The notes under the pieces are model-generated. The model was not told the origin of the DNA. It did no database searches and worked only from the letters and a program-made list of their open reading frames with translations. This document shows positions 1 through 9,022 of a stretch of 64,000 nucleotides of DNA, piece by piece. The stretch spans positions 1 through 64,000 of the IMG/VR virus record IMGVR_UViG_3300005689_000302. One strand, 5' to 3'. This stretch comes from a virus. Lineage: Duplodnaviria; Caudoviricetes. Every line of letters starts with the position of its first letter. Positions within the stretch are counted from its first letter, which is position 1. Both the position numbers and the translations under genes were made by a program.

Positions 1-2
1 GG

Positions 3-104
3 GCCAGCGTTGGGGCCAGCGTTGGGGCCAGCGTTTGGGACAGCGTTTGGGACAGCGTTGGGGACAGCGTTTGGGACAGCGTTTGGGACAGCGTTGGGGA
101 CAGC
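3..104 (+). repeat. 12-bp coding tandem repeat (g[ca]cagcgtt[gt]gg), about 8.5 units, encoding [AD]SV[GW]
   Basis: Units read directly at 3, 15, 27, 39, 51, 63, 75, 87 and partial at 99. Confidence 0.95.
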
Positions 105-710
105 GGCTATGGTCAGCACGACGCCGAATGGCTCGCCTTCTACGAATATTTCCGCGATGCCTGTTCAATGGACGAAACAACGCAGAAACTCGCCGGCATG
201 TGGGAAATCGCGCAGTCCGCTGGTTGGTGGTTGCCCCACAAAAACCTTTGTTGGGTTTGCGAGCGCCCAAGGCTACTCAAGAGAAACGATCGCGTTCGGC
301 TACACTGCGAAGATGGGCCGGCTCTTGAGTATCCCGATGGCTGGCGGATTTGGGCCATTCACGGCGTCCGCGTCGACGAGCAACTCGTCATGCGTCCTGG
401 CGAGCAGGCAATCGCCCAAATCGACGGCGAAGCGAACGCGGAGATTCGCCGGATTCGGATGGAGCGTTACGGCTGGCCGCGCTACCTGCAACAGACGAAC
501 GCTCGCGTGCTCGACTATCGCCGGAACGACGTCGATGCCACCGACGAATCGCTGATGCAAGCGAAGGACGGCGCTCGCTTACTCGTCTGCGCTTGCCCTT
601 CCACCGCGCGCGTTTACGCGATGCGCGTTCCGCGCGAAATCGAAAACTGCGCGCAAGCGCAACGCTGGCTCGCCGGCGGGAAGAACCTGCGGATCGTAGG
701 AGCTTCTTAA
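3..710 (+). CDS. DUF6745-like protein, 5' partial (starts left of the window)
   Basis: Frame open from position 3: ASVGASVGASVWDSVWDSVGDSVWDSV...GYGQHDAEWLAFYEYF...WWLP...CWVCERP...LHCEDGPALEYPDGWRIWAIHGV...NAEIRRIRMERYG...CPSTARVYAMRVP. The track's 168 start is internal. Confidence 0.85.
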   Translation, partial: ASVGASVGASVWDSVWDSVGDSVWDSVWDSVGDSGYGQHDAEWLAFYEYFRDACSMDETTQKLAGMWEIAQSAGWWLPHKNLCWVCERPRLLKRNDRVRLHCEDGPALEYPDGWRIWAIHGVRVDEQLVMRPGEQAIAQIDGEANAEIRRIRMERYGWPRYLQQTNARVLDYRRNDVDATDESLMQAKDGARLLVCACPSTARVYAMRVPREIENCAQAQRWLAGGKNLRIVGAS

Positions 711-757
711 ATCTTTGGTGTTTCTGTTCTTTGCTCTCTCTCGAAAGGAAATTGACC

Positions 758-1186
758 ATGACGACTGCGACTCTCACGGCCGAAAAGGCGATTGGCAAGC
801 TCACCGCTCAGGCCGAGGCAATCAAGTGCGATGCGCTGCAGCGCTTTCCCGAGGCGGCTTCGCCCGGCGATGGCGTCCGGCAGGGCGACGTCTATGTCGA
901 GCTTCTGGCGAAGCGGCCGACGGGCTGTAAGAAGATTCCTTTTCGCGCGCAAGTCGCCGAGGGAACGACACAAGGCTCTCGGCACTGCTTGGACAGCGCC
1001 GAAGGCGTGACGATGTACGCGCTGAAGGAACCGGGGCCGCTAGACGGCCCGGTGCTGGTGCTCAAGAGAGAGCGCACGCTCACGCATCCGGAACACGGCG
1101 ATTGGGTGTTGCCGCCAGGGACTTATCAGATCTCGTTTCAGCGAGATTTGGACGCCGAGGATCGCGAGCGGCGGGTGATGGATTAA
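758..1186 (+). CDS. Small partner protein of DUF6745 (QGDV...H...HPEH...LPPGxY...Q motif)
   Basis: ATG 758 after aaggaa; RQGDVYV, GTTQGSRH, LTHPEHGDWVLPPGTYQISFQRD, typical of genes adjacent to DUF6745. Confidence 0.8.
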   Translation: MTTATLTAEKAIGKLTAQAEAIKCDALQRFPEAASPGDGVRQGDVYVELLAKRPTGCKKIPFRAQVAEGTTQGSRHCLDSAEGVTMYALKEPGPLDGPVLVLKRERTLTHPEHGDWVLPPGTYQISFQRDLDAEDRERRVMD

Positions 1187-1221
1187 GTTGTCAGCGGCGT
1201 GGCGGCTCTTCCGAAAGGCTC

Positions 1222-1611
1222 ATGACGATGACGATGAAACCTGAACCAACTCCGGCGCCGCGAGGCGACAATGGCCTGTTCGTCATGATTGCCGGCCTTG
1301 GGCTCGCGATGTCGGTCGTTAGTTTCTGGACCGGCTGGGCCGCTCGCGGCCGTGAATCTCCCGCCGCCTCACCCACCGCGCACCTCGAAGCGAGCGCGGA
1401 CTGCTACAGCAACGTCGAATCCTGGCTGCGCTGGTATCCCGAAATCCGCGTTCGCGTGCTCGGTGCGATGGCCGATGAGAAGCTGACGAACGAAGAGTAC
1501 GAAGCGATCGACAAGCACGTCGACGAGCTGCGGTTTAAGCGGTATCGGCAGGAGCTGCTTGACGCTTGTGTGATTCCGCTGGATGGAAAGCGAAGCGACC
1601 ATGAACGCTAA
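1222..1611 (+). CDS. Hypothetical single-TM protein
   Basis: ATG 1222; hydrophobic GLFVMIAGLGLAMSVVSFWTGW; overlaps next gene. Confidence 0.7.
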   Translation: MTMTMKPEPTPAPRGDNGLFVMIAGLGLAMSVVSFWTGWAARGRESPAASPTAHLEASADCYSNVESWLRWYPEIRVRVLGAMADEKLTNEEYEAIDKHVDELRFKRYRQELLDACVIPLDGKRSDHER

Positions 1612-1804
1612 ACCGAAAGCCATCAAGCAGTTTGTCGGCGCCACAATTGCCGATTCCGACGGCTCTTACGTTGGTTTCTGGCAGGGGTTTTGGGTCAAGG
1701 TGACGATCGGCAAGATCGACTTTGAGTTAGATATGGAGAAGTCGATTGGCGGTGTGCCGTGCGTCGTTCATGTGAAGGGCGGCAAAGTAACTGTGGAAGT
1801 GTGA
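1601..1804 (+). CDS. Small hypothetical phage protein
   Basis: ATG 1601 overlapping the previous gene's 3' end; dense operon packing. Confidence 0.7.
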   Translation: MNAKPKAIKQFVGATIADSDGSYVGFWQGFWVKVTIGKIDFELDMEKSIGGVPCVVHVKGGKVTVEV

Positions 1805-1807
1805 GTC

Positions 1808-2362
1808 ATGCAAAAAATCATCAGCCTTTTCCAGCGCAACTAGGACGGCGATCGGCTGGTCCGCGATGACGTCACGCCCGGCGCCGAGTGGGTGCTCGAC
1901 GGCGAAGGGGTGGCCACGCGGAAATACGACGGCGCTTGCTGCCTGGTCCGCGGCAGCAAGCTCTTCAAGCGGTACGAAGTCGGCCGCGGGAAGAAGCCGC
2001 CGGCGGCCTTCGAAGCGGCCTCTGAAGTCGATCCGGCGACGGGCAAGCAGCAAGGGTGGCTGCCGGTCGGCGATGGGCCCGAGGATCGTTGGTTTCGCGA
2101 AGCGATGTCCGACTTCGAATCGCTCGGCGACGGAACGTATGAACTGGTCGGCCCGAAGGTGCAAGGCAACCCCGAGAACTTCGGCTTCCATACGCTTGTG
2201 CGCCACGGCCGGCATTTGCTCCACGACTGCCCGCGCGACTACGCCGGCCTGAAGGCGTATCTCGATAAGGCGGGGATCGAAGGCGTCGTTTGGCATCACG
2301 ACGACGGGCGGATGGTGAAGATTAAGGCGAAGGATTTCGGGCTGGTAAGGATCCCGTTCTGA
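1808..2362 (+). pseudogene. RNA-ligase-like nucleotidyltransferase (DUF5565-like) with in-frame TAG at codon 12 (1841-1843)
   Basis: ATG 1808: MQKIISLFQRN*DGDRLVRDDVTPGAEWVLDGEGVATRKYDG...ELVGPKVQGNPE...IEGVVWHHDDGRMVKIK; ligase motifs KxDG, ELxG, EGxV and VKxK present. Confidence 0.75.
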
Positions 2363-2772
2363 TGAAAGCTCTATCCATCTGGCAACCCTGGGCTTCGGCG
2401 ATCGCCTCCGGCGTGAAGCAATACGAAACGCGCTCCTGGCCGACGAAGTATCGCGGGCCGATTGCGATCTGCGCGTCGAAGAAGTGGAATGACGATCTTT
2501 TCGAATTAGCTGCCGAGTATCTCGGAAGGTGGCCTGGCTTTCCTGAAGATTGGCCGCTGGGCGCGGTTGTGGCGACTGCGCACCTCGTTGAATGTCGACG
2601 GACGGAAGATATGATCGCCGACATCGGTCTCATGGAAATTACCCTGGGCGACTTCTCGCCGGGCCGCTTCGCCTGGCGGCTCGAAAGCGTGGTGAAGATT
2701 CCGCCGATTGAATACCGCGGGCGGCAAGGGTTGTTTGAGATTCCCGATGGTGTGATTGCGAACGGTGTCTAG
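2362..2772 (+). CDS. ASCH domain protein
   Basis: MKALSIWQPWASAIASGVKQYETRSWPTKYRGPIAICAS ... GRQGLF, the classic ASCH signature. Confidence 0.92.
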   Translation: MKALSIWQPWASAIASGVKQYETRSWPTKYRGPIAICASKKWNDDLFELAAEYLGRWPGFPEDWPLGAVVATAHLVECRRTEDMIADIGLMEITLGDFSPGRFAWRLESVVKIPPIEYRGRQGLFEIPDGVIANGV

Positions 2773-2927
2773 TGGACGAAGCTCAACTCAACGCGTTCTT
2801 CGACGGCCTGCATCTGCTGATCGTGCTTATGATTCTGGTCGCCGTGGCGCCGGCGCTAGTGGCGCTGCCGATGTTGGTCGAACCGCTCATCCAAAGGGTC
2901 GTTAAATGGCGAGTGCGGAAGAAATGA
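2772..2927 (+). CDS. 51-aa membrane protein (absent from ORF track)
   Basis: GTG overlaps the ASCH stop; MDEAQLNAFFDGLHLLIVLMILVAVAPALVALPMLVEPLIQRVVKWRVRKK; its stop overlaps the next ATG (ATGA). Confidence 0.7.
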   Translation: MDEAQLNAFFDGLHLLIVLMILVAVAPALVALPMLVEPLIQRVVKWRVRKK

Positions 2928-3391
2928 CGCCAAGCGAACGCGTACCGTGCCCTGTGTGTTTCGGGCGAAAGAAGCTCATTCCGGTTGTCGTTCGCCCGGC
3001 GCCGGGCGTCTCGCGTCAAGAAGTGGCTGAGTCGCTGGTCGATAACGACGGACTGGACTGCCCGACCTGCGGCTGCCAAGGCACGATCACCGAAGAACGC
3101 GAAAGGCGCCTGGAAATGGGCGGGAAACTCCGCGACGCTCGGCGCTCGGCGGGCATGGGCATTCGGGAATTTGCGGAAGCTCTCGGCGTTTTGCCTTCAG
3201 TCTGGAACGCCATTGAACATGGCCGCGGCCTCCCGGCCGCCGAACTGCCCGACGACATTCGCGTCTTTCTGCGCGGATGTGCTCATCGCTGCGATATGCT
3301 GCCGCTGGCGCTTCGGCCGCATGTGGAGCGATTGGCGGCGAAATACATTCCGCAAGAGTTTGTCGCCACGGATCCGAGGGCGAAGAAGTGA
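2924..3391 (+). CDS. Zn-finger plus XRE-type helix-turn-helix regulator
   Basis: CPVCFG...CPTCGCQG then LRDARRSAGMGIREFAEALGVLPSVWNAIEHG. Confidence 0.8.
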   Translation: MTPSERVPCPVCFGRKKLIPVVVRPAPGVSRQEVAESLVDNDGLDCPTCGCQGTITEERERRLEMGGKLRDARRSAGMGIREFAEALGVLPSVWNAIEHGRGLPAAELPDDIRVFLRGCAHRCDMLPLALRPHVERLAAKYIPQEFVATDPRAKK

Positions 3392-3786
3392 CGGATAACC
3401 CCATCCCGTTCGATTTGCCGGCCCGCATGTACGGCCTGAAGGTCATCGTCGAGCCGGCCCTCGAAGCCAAACAGTGGCGGCAAGTGCGCTTCCCCAAGAG
3501 CAAGAAGCGGCGGATCCGGAAGAAATGGGCGAAGCGGCGCAAGAACTGGGGGCTGGTCGACTCGGGCAAGCCGGCTATCGTGCAGACGGCCGACGCGATC
3601 TATGTCAGTCCGACGGTTTACGCGAAGCTGAAGCGCGATCCGCGGCTGGCGGAACTCAATGGCCCCGCTCGCGTGATAACGATTCCACAGTTCGATCCGC
3701 CGATGATGTCGATGACGCCACCGACGCGGGAGGAAATGCGGGCGATCATCACCAAGTTCAAATCTAATTATCCGCTCCTGCCGTGA
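3388..3786 (+). CDS. Hypothetical basic phage protein (RFPKSKKRRIRKKW motif)
   Basis: GTGA overlap start; motif recurrent in phage hypotheticals. Confidence 0.7.
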   Translation: MTDNPIPFDLPARMYGLKVIVEPALEAKQWRQVRFPKSKKRRIRKKWAKRRKNWGLVDSGKPAIVQTADAIYVSPTVYAKLKRDPRLAELNGPARVITIPQFDPPMMSMTPPTREEMRAIITKFKSNYPLLP

Positions 3787-4496
3787 ACACGCTTTGCAAC
3801 GATCAACACGCCCTCGAATCCGCCTGCCTGGCCGCCAAGGGCGACGACGCGATACCGGTTCGTCTGGCGTATGCGGATTGGCTCGAAGAGCGCGGCGATC
3901 CGCTGGCGTCAATCCTGCGGCTGGCTTGTGAGGATCTGAGTTGCCCGGCAAGTAGTCCGCCTGACTACCGAAGGGTGTGCTCGTGCGATCGTTGCATCAA
4001 GCGGGATATGCTCAAGAGCGAACGCGAGCTGTACGAACGGCAGATGATCGAAGCTGTCAATCAAGTCGCGCCGCCGTGTTGGACGTGCAGGGGCGTCGGC
4101 ATCGTTGATGCTACGCTGTTCATGCTCGATCCAATTCCACAACGCGAACCTTGCCCGCGCTGTTCGGGAACCGGTCGCCAGCGAGAATTGGCCGTCATCT
4201 GCCCACAATGCAAAGGTCATGGTCGAGTCGCCGCTAGGAAAATCGACGCGGGGAAATTCGTTGTCACGAGCGACTTTCGCAAGTGCGGAACGTGCGACGG
4301 CTACAACGTGCTGCTGTTAGTTGAAGCGCGTCCCGGCGATCTGCCGGTTGATTCGTGGGAACGATTGTATTGCCTGTCGAACCAACTCGGGGCATTCATC
4401 GAATCGCCGCTGTTGCCGCTGTGGCGCTACATGCTGCTGACGCTCGACGATCGCGCCGATCGCGTCCGCCGGGCCAACGTCGCCGGCCTGTTCTAG
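3783..4496 (+). CDS. TIGR02996-type N-terminal domain fused to DnaJ-like CxxCxGxG zinc-finger repeats
   Basis: VRLAYADWLEERGDP; CWTCRGVG, CPRCSGTG, CPQCKGHG, CGTCDG. Confidence 0.75.
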   Translation: MNTLCNDQHALESACLAAKGDDAIPVRLAYADWLEERGDPLASILRLACEDLSCPASSPPDYRRVCSCDRCIKRDMLKSERELYERQMIEAVNQVAPPCWTCRGVGIVDATLFMLDPIPQREPCPRCSGTGRQRELAVICPQCKGHGRVAARKIDAGKFVVTSDFRKCGTCDGYNVLLLVEARPGDLPVDSWERLYCLSNQLGAFIESPLLPLWRYMLLTLDDRADRVRRANVAGLF

Positions 4497-4511
4497 CGCT
4501 TCCCGCCCCTC

Positions 4512-4565
4512 CCGTCTAAACATAGACGCCCGCCCTGCGCGCTTTTCCCGGCCGGCGGGTACGGT
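4512..4565 (+). promoter_or_regulatory. Promoter copy 1: dyad CGTCTA-N4-TAGACG plus -10-like TACGGT
   Basis: 35-nt near-identity with 9619-9653; same 32-nt offset from dyad end to TAnnnT hexamer; intergenic. Confidence 0.7.
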
Positions 4566-4618
4566 GAAGGTTTGCTATTCGCCCTGACTGCCGCCGCCCG
4601 CCTGAAGGATCCCGCCCC

Positions 4619-5035
4619 ATGTCCGAAGCTCTCACCTTTGACGCTTCCTCGTTCGACGCGCAAGCCGCCGACTTCGAAGTGGCTCTCTTCGACCGCCTCA
4701 AGTTCCTAAAGAGCATGAAAGCCGCCTTCGAGAAGGCGCTCGCCGCCGAGGGCGTGCCCGCCAAAGTCGCCGCCTGGATGGACCTGCTGGCGCTGGGGGC
4801 GACCGCCACCGATTCGCCGGCCGATGACCGCGTTGTCGCGGCCGTCCGCAAGCTGCTCGCCTCGCCGCTGGCCGAAAAGCTGATCGGGATCGTTTCCGAC
4901 CTGGTCGGCGATATGCTCGCCGGCGGCGCGTCGAGCAAAAGCGTTGAAGCGCAAGCGACGGTGGAAGCCGCCGCGATTCCCTGGTCGCTGATTTTCATGA
5001 TCGCCAAGGCGATCTTCGAAGCCATTCGCTCCTAA
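4619..5035 (+). CDS. Hypothetical protein with C-terminal amphipathic/hydrophobic helix
   Basis: First ORF after promoter copy 1; ends IPWSLIFMIAKAIFEAIRS. Confidence 0.7.
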   Translation: MSEALTFDASSFDAQAADFEVALFDRLKFLKSMKAAFEKALAAEGVPAKVAAWMDLLALGATATDSPADDRVVAAVRKLLASPLAEKLIGIVSDLVGDMLAGGASSKSVEAQATVEAAAIPWSLIFMIAKAIFEAIRS

Positions 5036-5187
5036 GCAATCGCCGCTGAGGGCCGCTCCCGTGGACCTTGCATTCCTCGGGCGGCCCAAAGCGCCCGCCC
5101 GCTCTTTTCTGTGCCTGCCGCTGGCCTTGCGCCGGTCCTCGCCTCTTCTCCTTTCTCTTCTCTCCTTTCACCTCTCTCGGCGAAGCC

Positions 5188-6177
5188 GTGCCTCTCTTTC
5201 GTCTTCCGCCGTGGAAACTGACGCGCACCTACGAAACATTCTCCCAGCGGGAGCATGATTGGTGGGTCGATCAGTTCCGCGCGCCGGAAGTCTTCAAGAG
5301 GGGCCGCGGCAAGGGGATCGTGATTGCGATCCTCGATACGGGCTGCGACCTCGAGCATCCCGACCTCAAGAGTCAGATTCTCAAGGCGAAAGACTTCACC
5401 AAAAGCCCGTACGGGCCGCTCGACGTGAATAAGCACGGTACGCACGTCGCCGGCCTGGCGGCCGCTGCCGAGAACGATTTAGGCGTGCTCGGCATGGCGC
5501 CCGACGCGAAGTTATTGATTGCGAAGTGCCTCGGCGACGACGGATCGGGGTACGACGCCTGGATCGTCAATGCGATCAAGTGGGCGATTTCCGAAGGCGC
5601 CGACATTCTCTCGCTCTCGCTCGGATCGCTCGAGCCAAGCCCGCGGATTGTCGATGCGCTCCTGAAAGCGATCGCCGCCGGCCTCGATGTCGTCATGGCC
5701 GCGGGCAATGAAGGCGGCCTGGGCGTCGGCTGGCCGGCGCAAGGCGTCGTCGAAGGGATCCGCGTCGCCGCGGCCGATAAGAAAAACCGCGTGCCGGCGT
5801 TCAGCTCGAAGGGCGATCAAGTCGATGTTGCCGCGCCTGGCGTCGATCTGCTCTCCTGCCTGCCCGGCGGGAAGTGGGGTCGGATGTCGGGCACGAGCAT
5901 GGCAACGCCGATCGTGTCCGGGCTGTGCGCTTGCATCCGCTCGGCCAGCAAGAAGAAGCTCTCGCCGGCCGAAGTTAAGAAACGGATCGTCGATAGCGCG
6001 GAAGACGCCGGCGCAGCCGGGAAGGATCCGTCGTTCGGGCATGGCCTCTTGCGCCCCGATCGGGCGATGGAAGGCGACGAACCGGTCGCCGAAGGGATCG
6101 ATATTTTCGGGCTCATCAAAGCGCTGCCGATCGCCAAGGGCACGCCGGCGCCGCACGCCGGCGTCCTGCTGTACTAA
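5188..6177 (+). CDS. Subtilisin-like serine protease (family S8)
   Basis: Catalytic triad motifs IAILDTG, HGTHVAG, GTSMATP and oxyanion AAGN; GTG 5188 after a pyrimidine tract; no obvious signal peptide or propeptide. Confidence 0.93.
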   Translation: MPLFRLPPWKLTRTYETFSQREHDWWVDQFRAPEVFKRGRGKGIVIAILDTGCDLEHPDLKSQILKAKDFTKSPYGPLDVNKHGTHVAGLAAAAENDLGVLGMAPDAKLLIAKCLGDDGSGYDAWIVNAIKWAISEGADILSLSLGSLEPSPRIVDALLKAIAAGLDVVMAAGNEGGLGVGWPAQGVVEGIRVAAADKKNRVPAFSSKGDQVDVAAPGVDLLSCLPGGKWGRMSGTSMATPIVSGLCACIRSASKKKLSPAEVKKRIVDSAEDAGAAGKDPSFGHGLLRPDRAMEGDEPVAEGIDIFGLIKALPIAKGTPAPHAGVLLY

Positions 6178-6181
6178 ATCC

Positions 6182-7768
6182 GTGAAGCCTTTGACCGCTG
6201 CTTTCCTCACCGCGATTCTCGCCCTGAGCGCCGCCGGCCTGCCTGGCGAGCTGCCGGGCGACTTGCCGGAAGCGTTCGGGCCCGCTGAGGCGGTCGCCGC
6301 GGCGGCGATCGACGCCGGGGCGATAGGGCCGATCGAAGCGCCGTTTTTCACCTATTACTGGACGCTCGATCCGTCCGACGACTTCCACGCCGCTTTCGCC
6401 TACGCGCTGAATACGGCCTGCTCGCACTCACCGAACCTCTACCGCCACGATCGGCTCGCCGACGGCCGGCTGATTCGCGTCGATTGGCGCCGCCTGGCGC
6501 CGAAGGCGGAAGATTATGCCCGCCTGCGCAAGCTGCTCGAAGGGCTGGCGCTGGTCGATCCGTATTTCCATACGATCGGCCGGCGGAAGGTGGCGCCGTA
6601 TAAAGCGAGCGACGGGCAGACGTATGATTTTGTTGTTGGAAGCGACGTCGCGCTGCATAGCGGGCCGGACAAGCATTTGCTTTTGGCGACGCTCACCGGG
6701 AGCGCCGCGCCGATCCTGCGGGCCGATTGGTTCATCACGAAAATCCTGAGCACGCTCGACGGCGGCCAGTACTACAAGCTGCGCGGGATCGTTGCTCGGC
6801 CGGAGAAGGGGACGGCGGAAGAAGCATTTCACGCCAGCCTCGGCGCCGATCCGAAGCAAGCGGCGGCTCTGCGCAGCGACGAACGGCTGGCGCAGTGGTT
6901 TTCGCATGTGACGGGCAAGCCGCGGGCGATCGAGTTTTTCTACGCGACGAACAGCCGGCCTAGCCTGGGGCCTTCGCTGCTGACGATCACGCGCGACTAT
7001 TTCGACGGGCCGATCGACGGCCGCCGGCATGTGCTCAAGAACCTTTTGAGCTACCAGTTCGACGGTAGCGAGCAAATCGGAAGTCTGCCGAACGGGATGC
7101 TGGCCTTTGCGCTCTTCGACGCCGCCGGCGGCCTGGTCGATGTGGCGCCGCAAAACCTCGTGACCGATCGCACCGTGCCGGCGCCGCATACGGCGAACCT
7201 GCAGCCGGCAATTAGCTGCATCCGCTGCCACGCCAGCGAAGAGGGCTGGAAGGCGGCGCAGAACGATATTGCGCTGGTGACGGGCGGGAAGTTCGCGGTC
7301 GATATTTTCGACGACGAATCTTCGCCCGAGGATGTCGCCGATACGCTCGATCGCCTCGCCGGCCTGTACGGCGGCGACATCGCCGAGCCGCTGCGGGTAG
7401 CGCGAACGACGCACGCGAAAGCGGTCTTCGCGCTCACCGGGAAAGAGCCGGCGCCGGTCATGGAATATGTCGGCGCGACATACAACCGCTATGCGTTCGA
7501 AGCCATCACGCCGCGGATTGCCTGCGCCGACGCGGGCTATGCGGTCAGCGATGAGAAGGCGGTGGCGCTGTTCAATCAGCTCTGCCCGCCGCTGCCGGCT
7601 AATAGCGCTGGCGTTTCGCCGGAATCGATCACGATCGCCAGCCTGCGGGCCTGGACGAAAGAAAAACCGATCTGGATCCCGCGCAGCGATTGGGAACAAG
7701 AGTTTTCTGATTTTGCGCTGCGCGTGCGAACCGCCGCCAACAACCGTTTAGCCGAAGGGGCCAACTAA
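6182..7768 (+). CDS. Secreted c-type cytochrome-like protein (single CxxCH)
   Basis: GTG 6182; signal peptide MKPLTAAFLTAILALSAAG; SCIRCH at 7217-7231 preceded by LPNGMLAFALFDAAG...AP. Confidence 0.72.
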   Translation: MKPLTAAFLTAILALSAAGLPGELPGDLPEAFGPAEAVAAAAIDAGAIGPIEAPFFTYYWTLDPSDDFHAAFAYALNTACSHSPNLYRHDRLADGRLIRVDWRRLAPKAEDYARLRKLLEGLALVDPYFHTIGRRKVAPYKASDGQTYDFVVGSDVALHSGPDKHLLLATLTGSAAPILRADWFITKILSTLDGGQYYKLRGIVARPEKGTAEEAFHASLGADPKQAAALRSDERLAQWFSHVTGKPRAIEFFYATNSRPSLGPSLLTITRDYFDGPIDGRRHVLKNLLSYQFDGSEQIGSLPNGMLAFALFDAAGGLVDVAPQNLVTDRTVPAPHTANLQPAISCIRCHASEEGWKAAQNDIALVTGGKFAVDIFDDESSPEDVADTLDRLAGLYGGDIAEPLRVARTTHAKAVFALTGKEPAPVMEYVGATYNRYAFEAITPRIACADAGYAVSDEKAVALFNQLCPPLPANSAGVSPESITIASLRAWTKEKPIWIPRSDWEQEFSDFALRVRTAANNRLAEGAN

Positions 7769-8562
7769 TGCTTCCGCCGATCCGTCTTTTGCTCGTCTCG
7801 CTCGCCCTCGTCGCGACCATCAACGCCCCGCTCTTCGCCAGCGGCCGGCGCGTCTGCTATCCGTGCGTCCAGCGGCACGTCGTCGCGCAGCCGGCGGCGA
7901 AAGTCGTCGCGCAAGGGGCGCCGTCGCCGAACGTGACGACGACGAGCACCGACAACTCGATCACTTATCAGTACAACATCCAGTACGGCCAACTGCCGGC
8001 GGCGCAAGGCGAGACGCTCTACGGCTACCGGGCGGCGACGTACTCGAATACCGACCTGGGCGTCGATAACTACATCTCGCAGCGGCTGGTCGCCGACGCG
8101 TCGGCGATTCAAAGCAAGGTTCTCGCCGGCCAGCAAGCCAACGCAGCGGCGGCGGCGGAAATCGCCAAGCTGCAAGTGAAGGCCTCGGTTATCTCCCAAG
8201 CGCTGGCGGCGCTCGATGAACCGGCGACGGCGGCGACAAGCTCGCAAGCGACGTTCACGCAAGAGATTCATGCGGGCGCCTCGGCCAGTGTGGGCGGGGC
8301 TGCGGGCGGCGATACGGCGCTGGCGCAGCGGGTGACGAATCTCGTCAACGCGAAGTGCGTTTCGTGCCATGGCGCGACGCGGCAAGCGGGCGGCCTCGAT
8401 CTGAGCGACCTCTCGAAAGTCGATGGGGCCTCGATTCTGGCTCGAGTGACGAGCGCCGATCCGACGAAGCGGATGCCGCTCGGCCCTGGCGATGCGCCGG
8501 GCACGCCGCTGAGCGTGGGGGAACTGAGCTCGCTGTTTTCGGCCGTTGGGCCGGTGGAATAA
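7768..8562 (+). CDS. Secreted protein with C-terminal Planctomycete cytochrome c-like domain
   Basis: Signal peptide; KCVSCHGATRQAGGLDLS...ILARVTSADPTKRMP (CxxCH at 8356-8370, distal Met), resembling PSCyt1/PF07635. Confidence 0.8.
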   Translation: MLPPIRLLLVSLALVATINAPLFASGRRVCYPCVQRHVVAQPAAKVVAQGAPSPNVTTTSTDNSITYQYNIQYGQLPAAQGETLYGYRAATYSNTDLGVDNYISQRLVADASAIQSKVLAGQQANAAAAAEIAKLQVKASVISQALAALDEPATAATSSQATFTQEIHAGASASVGGAAGGDTALAQRVTNLVNAKCVSCHGATRQAGGLDLSDLSKVDGASILARVTSADPTKRMPLGPGDAPGTPLSVGELSSLFSAVGPVE

Positions 8563-8578
8563 CGGTGGAATAACGCGC

Positions 8579-8767
8579 ATGTGGCTGGCGGCGATTCTCG
8601 CTTATCTGGCGATCGGGCTGTTTCTCGGCGGCGCCTACTGGCGCGAAGTCGGGAACGTCGGCGCCTGGCGGTGGGTCGCCGTGCCGTTTGGCCTGTTCTG
8701 GCCGCTGTTCGTGATGCTGGGCGTGGTGATGATCGCCTGGGTTTGGGTTGTGATGGACGACTCTTAA
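8579..8767 (+). CDS. Small 2-TM membrane protein (holin-like size)
   Basis: MWLAAILAYLAIGLFLGGAYW...FGLFWPLFVMLGVVMIAWVWVV. Confidence 0.75.
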   Translation: MWLAAILAYLAIGLFLGGAYWREVGNVGAWRWVAVPFGLFWPLFVMLGVVMIAWVWVVMDDS

Positions 8768-8776
8768 AGGGTTGGC

Positions 8777-8986
8777 ATGGTTCCAACATTGTGTGGCATT
8801 TTGGGGGCGATCATCACTCCTGCCGCGATGGTGCGCGTGCTGTTCTCGATGAGCAAGCGCAATCCAGATAAGACGACGAGCGGCGCGTATGCGGCGGTGG
8901 CGGGGATGCTGATGATCCCTGCGGCAATCCTCGGTGCGATTGCTGGCGTCCTGCTTGGGTTATTGATTTCGGGGGCTGCTGGTTAA
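8777..8986 (+). CDS. Small 2-TM membrane protein
   Basis: Two hydrophobic segments separated by KRNPDK. Confidence 0.75.
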   Translation: MVPTLCGILGAIITPAAMVRVLFSMSKRNPDKTTSGAYAAVAGMLMIPAAILGAIAGVLLGLLISGAAG

Positions 8987-9022
8987 GGCGGTCATTTCAC
9001 TTTTCACAATGGGGCGTGTGCT

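Noticed and set aside
1-104. Possible CRISPR array
   Set aside because: 12-bp units are contiguous with no spacers and are in-frame coding repeats; no cas genes
1841-1843. Genome-wide TAG recoding
   Set aside because: TAG terminates many well-supported genes (ASCH, portal, scaffold) right before the next gene; only one internal TAG was seen
5068-5187. N-terminal extensions in the ORF track (5068, 5687, 46832, 48672, 58454 and others)
   Set aside because: They translate leaders or overlap neighbouring genes; downstream starts after pyrimidine tracts or stop-start overlaps fit better
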